From Aestuariivirga sp. (GTDB lineage: Bacteria; Pseudomonadota; Alphaproteobacteria; Rhizobiales; Aestuariivirgaceae), in contig NZ_JBKBKI010000001.1 of NCBI RefSeq assembly GCF_046294715.1, forward strand, positions 330,116 to 354,115: 24,000 nucleotides of DNA, written 5' to 3'. The translations under genes were made by a program, and so were the position numbers. Every line of letters begins with the position of its first letter. The stretch's first letter is position 1. This document shows positions 1-7,389 of the stretch, in pieces. Under the pieces are notes generated by a model, which saw nothing but the letters and a program-made list of their open reading frames with translations, had not been told where the DNA came from and ran no database searches.

Positions 1-1589
1 AAGACCGCATCCCGGATTCGCTTGCAGAAGCGGTCAGGTCATTTGTGTTTGCCTGCGCTGTTCGCGCGCTCCGGGGTCAGGGTAACAGGCATTCTTCCAT
101 GCTCATCCACGTCACCCGGTTTACTTCCGTGCAGAATGTGGTTGTAAACCAGGTTGCAGAATACCTCCGCAATCTCAAGGGGCGATACACCCGTGGTATC
201 GATCTCGCCGATCTCGAAGCATCCATGAAGAGCGAGTACGAGACAGCTTTCCGGCCCAATATGCAGCGAATCCGCAGTGCGCTGGTGGAGGGAGAGACGC
301 TCGAAGACTTCAGCTGGGACGACTTGCGAAAAGTACTTCCGGATATCCTTTCAGACATCCGGGTGCGCGAAATCAATGGCACCGCGAAGGATGCGCTGGA
401 CTACGCGGAGAACGAGGGTACCGGACTCAAGGTGATCGCCATCGGTGGCGACAAACTGGCGCGTGGCCTTACACTCGAGGGGCTCTGCACTAGCTACTTC
501 CTGCGAACTGCACGCATGTATGACACGCTGATGCAGATGGGCCGGTGGTTCGGCTATCGGGATGGCTACCTCGATGTCTGTCGTCTCTACACGCCGACAG
601 AGTTAACAGAGTGGTTTGGCCACATCGCTGATGCTGCCGAGGAGCTGCGTCAGGAATTCGACAATATGGTTGCGGCAGGTGCAACACCGAAACAGTTCGG
701 TCTTCGGGTCAAGTCCCATTCGGTACTGACTGTTACATCACGCGCCAAAATGCGAAACGCACGTGCAATGCAGCTGACCTACTCCGGAGATCTGTTGCAG
801 ACAATTGTCTTTCCAAACCGGAAGGATGACATCACAGCCAATTTCCGCGCTGCGGAGCGCTTCATACAAGCTCTGGGGTCGCCGCTCGACCTGAATCAGC
901 AGTATTTCGTCCCAGACGGACAAAAGTGGAGCGGCCACCTGTGGAGGGACGTGCCAGTCTTGAACGTGATCACATTTCTTCGCGAGTATAGGACCCATCC
1001 TGCAAGCTTTCGGATCATGAGCCCTCTCATCGCCGACTTTATCGAAGAGATGAACAAGGATCAGGAGCTGATCAACTGGACTGTAGCGATGATTGGCAAG
1101 GAAAGCGGCCCGGATGAAATCAGCCGCATTGTCGGCGGCTGCGCGATCAACATGCTGCAGCGCAAGCGTACCACCGAACATGCTGACCGCTATTCGATCA
1201 AGGCACTGACTTCGCCCCGAGATCAGGCCATCGATCTCACCGAAGATCAATGGACAGCCGCCCTCGAGCTCAGCCGGAAAATCTGGCGCAATGATGTGGA
1301 CCGCAATGAGGGAAAGGACCCTCCAACGGAACCCCGGGGACCACAGATCCGCCGGATTCTCGGCGAGGGCAATCCTGATACCGGCCTGCCTCATCGTCGG
1401 GATCGCGGACTGCTGATGCTCTATCTCCTGGATCCGGCCGGGGCCAGTGTCCCGGAACTCGCTGACGCAGATCCCATCGCTGGGTGGGCAATCAGCTTCC
1501 CGTCGAGCACATCGGAGCGAAGGGTTTCGAATTCGAAATACATGGCCAACAGTGTCCTGTGGGGAGGACTAAATGACTGGGTGGAGTGA
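1..1589 (+). CDS. Z1 domain protein (SF2-helicase-like C-terminal core plus Z1 region), 5'-truncated by the window edge
   Basis: Frame 3 is open from nt 3 with no upstream stop, so the GTG at 45 in the ORF track is not the true start. It contains GGDKLARGLTLEGL...YDTLMQMGRWFGYRDGYLDVCRLY, a helicase motif-VI-like Q-x-GR-x-x-GYR block that I recognise as typical of Pfam Z1 (PF10593) proteins. Its TGA at 1587-1589 lies inside the next gene (17-nt overlap). Confidence 0.8.
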   Translation, partial: DRIPDSLAEAVRSFVFACAVRALRGQGNRHSSMLIHVTRFTSVQNVVVNQVAEYLRNLKGRYTRGIDLADLEASMKSEYETAFRPNMQRIRSALVEGETLEDFSWDDLRKVLPDILSDIRVREINGTAKDALDYAENEGTGLKVIAIGGDKLARGLTLEGLCTSYFLRTARMYDTLMQMGRWFGYRDGYLDVCRLYTPTELTEWFGHIADAAEELRQEFDNMVAAGATPKQFGLRVKSHSVLTVTSRAKMRNARAMQLTYSGDLLQTIVFPNRKDDITANFRAAERFIQALGSPLDLNQQYFVPDGQKWSGHLWRDVPVLNVITFLREYRTHPASFRIMSPLIADFIEEMNKDQELINWTVAMIGKESGPDEISRIVGGCAINMLQRKRTTEHADRYSIKALTSPRDQAIDLTEDQWTAALELSRKIWRNDVDRNEGKDPPTEPRGPQIRRILGEGNPDTGLPHRRDRGLLMLYLLDPAGASVPELADADPIAGWAISFPSSTSERRVSNSKYMANSVLWGGLNDWVE

Positions 1590-2577
1590 GGAAGGGCTCT
1601 CACGGGCCTGGAGGGCGCTCGCGCGCCAGGAGGCAGGTGAGGACTGGCGTTTTGTTCACCTCACGAAGATGGCTGAGGTTTCGGTGGAGGCTGGCTGCCA
1701 CTTTCCGGCAGGGCGTGAGGCACTGATAGTCACTTTCCCCGGGGCATGGCCGGTCAATCCGGCGCGCCTTCCGGAGGGCAAGGGCTTCGATGTCCACTGT
1801 ATTGCAGGTCAGCAGGCCTTCGCGGGGCAGACTGCGATCGCTCTTGTGCGGCGTGTCGAGGGATCGCCAGACATCTTCGCGGTCATGGCGGTGGACGTGC
1901 TGCGAACTCTCGGCGCTGCGGCATCCACATCTCACCGCAACACGCTGGACTCCTTCCTCGAGAGGGTCAGGGAGTGGCAGGCGTTCATGGCCAAAACCCA
2001 CCGGCCGCTCTCGCCCGACGCCCAGGTCGGGCTGATGGGAGAACTCTGGATGCTCCGGTTGCTGATGGAATCCCCGCTTGGGGTGGGGGCTCTTGACTGC
2101 TGGCACGGGCCACTGCGCGCCGCCCAGGACTTTCACGTGCGCGCGGGCGCCATAGAAGTGAAGAGTACCGTACGCACGGGCGCCTTTCTTGCTCGCATCA
2201 ACAGCATCGAGCAGCTGGACAGTGAGCGGACGCCGGTTTTCCTGTGTGCAATGCGCTTCGAGGAGAGTACAGAAGGAACCTCGCTTGTTGACCTCGTAAC
2301 CGCTCTTCGCGGCAGGTTCACAGAGGCAGGAACTGTGCGAGGCTTCGAAGCCCTCCTGATGGTGATGGGCTATCTTGATGAGCATTCTTCACTCTACGGG
2401 CGCTCCCTCGTGCTCAAGGACGCCAGGGCCTTCCTCTCGGATGGTAACATGCCACGCCTGACGCGGGCCGCCTTGCCAGCTGCAGTCCGCTCAGCGGCAT
2501 ATGTAGTCGATCTCGACGCCGTTGAGGTTCCTGCGGTCGCGATTCCGGACGTATTGCAAGCATTTGGACTGAATTGA
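1573..2577 (+). CDS. PD-(D/E)XK motif nuclease-fold protein (DUF4420-like)
   Basis: 334-aa ORF with a GGAGGA Shine-Dalgarno 5 nt upstream of ATG 1573. The C-terminal half carries AQDFHVRAGAIEVKST, a D...E-x-K restriction-endonuclease-fold signature. Its position between Z1 and AIPR genes is the usual context for the DUF4420 family (PF14390). Confidence 0.7.
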   Translation: MTGWSEEGLSRAWRALARQEAGEDWRFVHLTKMAEVSVEAGCHFPAGREALIVTFPGAWPVNPARLPEGKGFDVHCIAGQQAFAGQTAIALVRRVEGSPDIFAVMAVDVLRTLGAAASTSHRNTLDSFLERVREWQAFMAKTHRPLSPDAQVGLMGELWMLRLLMESPLGVGALDCWHGPLRAAQDFHVRAGAIEVKSTVRTGAFLARINSIEQLDSERTPVFLCAMRFEESTEGTSLVDLVTALRGRFTEAGTVRGFEALLMVMGYLDEHSSLYGRSLVLKDARAFLSDGNMPRLTRAALPAAVRSAAYVVDLDAVEVPAVAIPDVLQAFGLN

Positions 2578-2578
2578 T

Positions 2579-4390
2579 ATGAACCTCGAAGAATTTCACC
2601 GCAACTTCCGTTCTGACGTCCAACAGACTGTCGCAGACCGTGTTCGCGCTGACGACGGCCCCTTTCCTTCCGAAGAGCTTGTCTTTTCGGAGACAGTCAT
2701 GGAACACGTGGCAGAAACAGTAAGTTGTGAGACACCGGTTGTATGCCACTGGAATGGCACGATCGGAAACGCGAAGCTTCGCATCACCGGTTATGCCCTT
2801 TCTTCTGATGAGACGGCTCTGGATCTCTTCGTTTCAAACTACTTCGGGACCGAGGCGATAAGTGACCTGACCGATGCAGGTGCAGTCGCAACCGCCACTG
2901 AAGGCATCCGCTTCCTGTTCCGCGCTGCAGGGGGAAACCTCGAGAGCCGCATAGATCCCACGCACCCGGTTCGTGATCTTGTTTCAACGATCCGGTCAAG
3001 ATGGGCTAACCTTGATCGTCTCCGCGTGTTTGTAATCACTGACGGGCGCACAAAGGCAAAGCGGTTCGCTGACAAGGAAGTCCACGGCAAAATGGTCGCT
3101 GTGGAGGCGATGGACATCGAACGCCTGTTCCGCCACACCGAAGGCAAGCCGAGAGATGAACTCTCGCTCAGCCTTGTCCAGTCGGTCGGACGCCCGCTCC
3201 CATGTGTTCATGTCCCCGATCCCGACGCTGACTATGAATACGTGCTCACAGCAATCCCGGGCCAGATCATCAGGGATCTGTACCTCCGGTTTGGCTCAAG
3301 ACTTCTTGAGGCAAATGTACGTACGTTCCTCGGTACGAAGAAAACTGTGAACAGGGGCATCATCGAAACTCTCAGGATGGAGCCCGAACACTTTCTGGCC
3401 TTCAACAATGGTCTGGTTCTTGTCTGTGACAGGGCAGAATTCGAACAGACCAAAGATGGATACATCGGTCTTTCATTTGTCAAGGGCCTGCAGATAGTTA
3501 ATGGCGGTCAGACCACTTCCACCATCTACTTTGCATCCCGCGATGACCGCACCATCGATCTCAGCCACGTCATGGTGCCTGCAAAGATAATCATTCTGAA
3601 GGGATCAGACGACGACGCCCGCGAGAAGCTGATCAGCAACGTATCGCGCTTTGCCAACAGCCAGAATGCAGTCAAACTGTCAGATCTGTCTGCAAACCGG
3701 CCATTCCATGTTCAGCTCGAGAAGCTGGCGAACGAAACCTGGTGCCCTGACGGCTCGGCGAGGTGGTTTTACGAACGTGCTGCAGGCGCATATAATGTGA
3801 TGTTGCTGCGTGAGGGCACCACTCCTGCTCGCCGCAACAAGCTGAAGGAGATTGTCTCCCCAAAGCGCAAGCTGACCAAGAACGATATCGCCAAGTTTCA
3901 CGAGGCCTGGCGTGGCAAACCCAGTCAGGTGGCAATGGCAGGTGAAAAGAATTTCGCAGCATTCATGGCCGCTCTGGATGAAGACCCCTCGATTGTGCCC
4001 AATCCCCTTGATACGCGCTGGTATCATTCGATGATAGCCAAGGTCATACTCTTCAAGTCCATAGAGAGCATGATCAAGACCAAAGAGGCAAAGACGGTTT
4101 TTCGGCAGGGTTGGGTCAATATTGCAACCTACGTTGTTTCGGTCGTGGCAGACCGATTAGGCGACCGGCTTGATCTTGAACAGATCTGGCTCCGTCAGGA
4201 CATTTCCTCGGGTCTCCGCGATCTGTTGTGGGAGTGGGCTCTGGTTGTGAATTCGGTCTTTGGCAGCATCGCTCCGGGACAGCAGATTTCGGAAGTAGCG
4301 AAGCGCATCGATACTTGGAACAGGGTGCGCGCTGCCACATTTCCAGAACCGAAGGCTAACATTCCGGAACTCAGACAGCCATCGCACTGA
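2579..4390 (+). CDS. AIPR (abortive-infection phage resistance) family protein
   Basis: 603-aa ORF starting 1 nt after the preceding TGA. The central block LAFNNGLVLVCD...GLQIVNGGQTTSTIY resembles the conserved core of AIPR (PF10592). Size and neighbourhood (Z1, PD-(D/E)XK) fit that family. Confidence 0.75.
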   Translation: MNLEEFHRNFRSDVQQTVADRVRADDGPFPSEELVFSETVMEHVAETVSCETPVVCHWNGTIGNAKLRITGYALSSDETALDLFVSNYFGTEAISDLTDAGAVATATEGIRFLFRAAGGNLESRIDPTHPVRDLVSTIRSRWANLDRLRVFVITDGRTKAKRFADKEVHGKMVAVEAMDIERLFRHTEGKPRDELSLSLVQSVGRPLPCVHVPDPDADYEYVLTAIPGQIIRDLYLRFGSRLLEANVRTFLGTKKTVNRGIIETLRMEPEHFLAFNNGLVLVCDRAEFEQTKDGYIGLSFVKGLQIVNGGQTTSTIYFASRDDRTIDLSHVMVPAKIIILKGSDDDAREKLISNVSRFANSQNAVKLSDLSANRPFHVQLEKLANETWCPDGSARWFYERAAGAYNVMLLREGTTPARRNKLKEIVSPKRKLTKNDIAKFHEAWRGKPSQVAMAGEKNFAAFMAALDEDPSIVPNPLDTRWYHSMIAKVILFKSIESMIKTKEAKTVFRQGWVNIATYVVSVVADRLGDRLDLEQIWLRQDISSGLRDLLWEWALVVNSVFGSIAPGQQISEVAKRIDTWNRVRAATFPEPKANIPELRQPSH

Positions 4391-4426
4391 TCAAGTTCGA
4401 CTTGCTGATCTGGCGATGAGCTGGTG

Positions 4427-5390
4427 TCATCGTAATTGGTGCCACGCTTTCCAGCGGTTGCGCAAAGCTTCCCGCGACGGCGATAGATTACCAAGATCTT
4501 CGTAGCCGTGTCGGCGTACGCGCGTATCAAGATGAATCGCCAATGTGTCAGGATGGATGACCATCAGGTTCAGGTCGAACAAGGTATGCATATCCGTCCG
4601 AAGTAGCAGTCCGTTCTCGGGGTGATTATCCTGCTCGCTCCGATATGGCCAGATGTGGGTAAGCGTCCGGTCTCGGCCGCCTTGTTTTGGTAACAACACA
4701 CGTGCCATTGTATCGCCTGATGAGCGTGTTTCGGAATAAGCGCTGCCCTCTTCGCGTGGCAATCTCTCGCAGCACTCGTCTCCTCTGATTAAGCGTCGAA
4801 GGTTCAAATGGCGCTTCGGCACTGTCCTCAGCTGCATCGTCCGGCTTCAGTGCAGAAGTCATCGCACATACTGACACAGCCTCGGCAGCCCTCTTGGAGC
4901 GAAGTTGTAGTAGTACCTCAAGCCCGGCAAGGTCCAGCTCCTCGATTGAGATCTGGTCATTTGGACGGAGAGCCAATCCTTTGAGCTGCTGTGCCGTAAT
5001 CCCCTCTGGCAGTTGTTGAAATGTGTCCCCGAAATCGGCGGTGTATTGGACTACGGCTTCCTCCATAGCTATTGGAGTACCGAATACATGCCCCTTTGCA
5101 CAGCGCCAGGGTGGGCTCATCGTGGGTCGCCGTTTGATGCTCGTAGTGTTACACTCCGGGCACCGCTGAATAATCTTGGTTCCGGGTTCTTCCGAGATGG
5201 AAACTATCCGGGCCAACCCCTGCGCCACTTCGCGGTCCCGGACTACGACGAGGTCTCCGGAAGCCAGCTGCCGATGATTCGCAACGTTGCTGTCGTAGCG
5301 GTACTGGCGCCCGGGCATATCGGCGTAACCAGTGTTACCTCCGTACTGCCGGTCGTCACCCAGAGTGATGATGCTCCAAGCCCTTGCCAT
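4427..5390 (-). pseudogene. HNH endonuclease (HNH_2-type, putative modification-dependent/Type IV-like), disrupted by a frameshift
   Basis: Two overlapping minus-strand ORFs (4626-5402 and 4427-4837) together read as one protein. ORF1 ends ...RQRLFRNTLIRRYNGTCVVT, the conserved block that precedes the HNH core. ORF2, in another frame, continues ...GGRDRTLTHIWPYRSEQDNHPENGLLLRTDMHTLFDLNLMVIHPD, the HNH core. The frame change must lie between 4667 and 4694, where an A4 run (plus-strand T4, 4685-4688) is present. The likely start is ATG at 5390 rather than TTG at 5402. Confidence 0.75.
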
Positions 5391-5497
5391 GCTCACTATC
5401 AATCACGTCTCTCGGGATGGAAATCGCCATGATCTCAATTCGGCCGCGACGTTGAAGTCTTTGCTTCCGCTTTCCCCCTTGTACTTCAAACAGCCGG

Positions 5498-5512
5498 GTT
5501 GATGATATCAAC
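5498..5512. promoter_or_regulatory. 15-bp palindrome GTTGAT-GAT-ATCAAC in the divergent HNH/methylase intergenic region; candidate operator
   Basis: Perfect 6-bp arms with a 3-bp spacer, read directly. It sits ~150 bp upstream of the methylase gene, whose product carries an N-terminal HTH. The function is inferred only. Confidence 0.25.
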
Positions 5513-5637
5513 GGGCGGATGCAGTGCAAACCCTCGCCAACCACAACAACAGGCAGAGAGCCTGCAGATCGACAGAACAGTGGACAAACATAGAACAATC
5601 TTTTGGCAGGCGGGAAGTTTTGTGACACCCTGTCCAA

Positions 5638-5656
5638 AATCATCCCAGAGATGATT
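5638..5656. promoter_or_regulatory. Inverted repeat AATCATC-N5-GATGATT immediately upstream of the methylase start; candidate operator or RBS-occluding hairpin
   Basis: Perfect 7-bp arms ending 4 nt before GTG 5661 (10 nt before ATG 5667). It shares the GATGAT half-site with the palindrome at 5498-5512. Confidence 0.3.
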
Positions 5657-5660
5657 CGGG

Positions 5661-6941
5661 GTGCCCATGCCGAAAAAACCAAAGACCCACCTGAAGGACC
5701 TGCGGGAACGCGCAGGCCTGAGCCTTGCCGAGGCCGCCTTCCGGGCCGGGTGCAGCGAGCGCCAGATGCGGCGCTACGAGGACGGCACGCACGAGCCCTC
5801 CCCGCTCTATGTGAAGCTCCTGGAAGAGGAGATAGCGCGACGCGCGAAGCACGAGGCAGGCCCGCCCGCCTTCACCTTCATTGACCTCTTCGCCGGTATC
5901 GGCGGCCTGCGGCTGGGCTTCGAGAGCATCGGCGGCAAATGCGTGTTCACCAGCGAGTGGGACAAGTATTGCAACGAAACCTACCGCGCCAACTTCCCAG
6001 GCGATGACCACGAGATTGCCGGTGATATCCGGCCTTATGGCGAGCACCCGGAGAAGATACCGAAGTTCGACGTTCTCCTGGCAGGTTTTCCCTGCCAGCC
6101 GTTCTCCATTGCAGGCGTCTCCAAGAAAAACGCCCTGGGGCGGCCGCACGGCTTCGATTGCGACAAGCAGGGCACGCTGTTTTTCGAGATCGAGCGGATT
6201 ATCAGGCACCACCGGCCCGCCGCCTTTCTCTTGGAGAACGTGAAGAACCTGGAGCGTCATGACAAGGGCCGCACCTTCGCGGTTATCATGGACACACTGA
6301 CCCGCGAGCTGGGCTACAGGACGGTGAAGCACCGCGTCATCAGCTCTGACCCCTGGGTGCCACAGAAGCGCGAGCGCATCTTCATCGCAGGCTTCAGGGA
6401 CGAGAGCAGCTTTACTTTCGAGAACTTCGAGCCGGATGGCCCGCACCCGCGCCTAGGCAGCATCCTGAACGGCCATAACCGTGTGCCGGAGAAGTACACT
6501 CTCACCGCCCATCTCTGGCAGTATCTCCAGGACTACAAGGAGAAGCACGCCAGCAAGGGCAATGGCTTCGGATGCAGCGTGTTCGGTCCCAACGATGTGA
6601 CCCGCACGCTGTCAGCCCGCTACTACAAGGACGGCTCTGAAATCCTCATCGAGCAGAAGGGTACCAGACCGCGCCGCCTCATGCCCGACGAGTGCGCAAG
6701 GCTTATGGGCTTTGTGCATCATGACGGCCGCGACTGGATTATCCCTGTATCCGATACCCAGGCGTACAAGCAGTTCGGCAATGCCGTGGTGGTGCCGGTG
6801 GTGAAGGTCGTGGCGCGGCACATGGAGCCGCATATCCTGGAGGCTGTGGCGCGTGACCGGAAGAAGGTGACCCCCTTCCCTGCCCCGCCGAAGGCGGAGG
6901 CCGTGAAGGCGAAGCCGAAGAAGAAGGCCGCGCATGGCTGA
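5661..6941 (+). CDS. dcm: DNA (cytosine-5)-methyltransferase, Dcm/M.EcoRII-like, with an N-terminal XRE-type HTH and a Lys/Ala-rich C-terminal tail
   Basis: All canonical C5-MTase motifs are present: FIDLFAGIGG (I), GFPCQPFSIAG (IV, catalytic Cys), ENVKNL (VI) and QFGNAVVVP (X). Long blocks match my recollection of E. coli Dcm (SEWDK, GVSKKNALGRPHGF, QGTLFF, TRTLSARYYKDGSEILI, RPRRLMPDECARLMGF, IPVSDTQAYKQFGN). Residues ~8-60 (LKDLRERAGLSLAEAAFRAGCSERQMRRYEDG) form an HTH. The start is either GTG 5661 or ATG 5667. Confidence 0.95.
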   Translation: MPMPKKPKTHLKDLRERAGLSLAEAAFRAGCSERQMRRYEDGTHEPSPLYVKLLEEEIARRAKHEAGPPAFTFIDLFAGIGGLRLGFESIGGKCVFTSEWDKYCNETYRANFPGDDHEIAGDIRPYGEHPEKIPKFDVLLAGFPCQPFSIAGVSKKNALGRPHGFDCDKQGTLFFEIERIIRHHRPAAFLLENVKNLERHDKGRTFAVIMDTLTRELGYRTVKHRVISSDPWVPQKRERIFIAGFRDESSFTFENFEPDGPHPRLGSILNGHNRVPEKYTLTAHLWQYLQDYKEKHASKGNGFGCSVFGPNDVTRTLSARYYKDGSEILIEQKGTRPRRLMPDECARLMGFVHHDGRDWIIPVSDTQAYKQFGNAVVVPVVKVVARHMEPHILEAVARDRKKVTPFPAPPKAEAVKAKPKKKAAHG

Positions 6942-7389
6942 TATCGTCGCGCCCGAGGTCCGCAGCCGCATGATGGCGGGAATCCGGGGGCGCGACACCA
7001 GGCCGGAGCTTGTGCTCCGCCAGGGTCTGCATCGGGCCGGATTCCGCTACCGGCTGCATGTGAAGGGCATTCCCGGCAAGCCTGACATGGTGTTTCCGAA
7101 GCACCGCGCGGTAATCTTCGCGCACGGGTGTTTCTGGCACGGGCATGACTGCGCCCTCTTCAAATGGCCGTCGACCCGGCAGGAGTTCTGGCGCACCAAA
7201 ATCACCGGCAACGTGGCGCGGGACGCGAAGGTGAAAGAGAGCCTGCTGGCGGCAGACTGGCGCGTGCTCACCGTCTGGGAATGTGCACTGAAAGGGCCGG
7301 GCAGGCTCACGGCCGGGGACGTGATTGCCCGGTGTGCTGCATGGCTGCGCTCAGCACGGCAGCACGACGAGATAAGGGGGACGAAATGA
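6934..7389 (+). CDS. vsr: Very short patch repair endonuclease
   Basis: 151-aa ORF with Vsr hallmarks: RSRMMAGIRGRDTRPEL, GKPDMVFPKHRAVIFAHGCFWHGHDC, FWRTKITGNVARD and VLTVWECAL. ATG 6934 overlaps the methylase stop by 8 nt. Confidence 0.95.
   Translation: MADIVAPEVRSRMMAGIRGRDTRPELVLRQGLHRAGFRYRLHVKGIPGKPDMVFPKHRAVIFAHGCFWHGHDCALFKWPSTRQEFWRTKITGNVARDAKVKESLLAADWRVLTVWECALKGPGRLTAGDVIARCAAWLRSARQHDEIRGTK

Noticed and set aside
45-1589. GTG at 45 as the start codon of the first ORF (as drawn in the ORF track)
   Set aside because: The same frame is open from nt 3 to the window edge (DRIPDSLAEAVRSF...). The conserved Z1/helicase core normally sits well inside a longer protein. The gene is therefore 5'-truncated by the window, not started at 45.
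4389-4410. GATCAAG-TTCGA-CTTG(CT)GATC imperfect hairpin between the convergent AIPR and HNH genes as a bidirectional terminator
   Set aside because: The stem is interrupted by a 2-nt bulge, is AT-rich and lacks U-tracts on either strand.
738-6446. Long antisense ORFs in the island (738-1394 -, 1600-2385 -, 5640-6446 -)
   Set aside because: They lie antisense to the Z1, DUF4420-like and Dcm genes, which carry recognisable motifs. They have no motifs of their own and no RBS context.
7164-7385. N-terminal extension of the EcoRII-like ORF (484-aa version)
   Set aside because: It lies entirely inside vsr in another frame and is Arg/Gly/Ala-rich. ATG 7386, with an ATGA overlap to the vsr stop, gives an EcoRII-sized protein.
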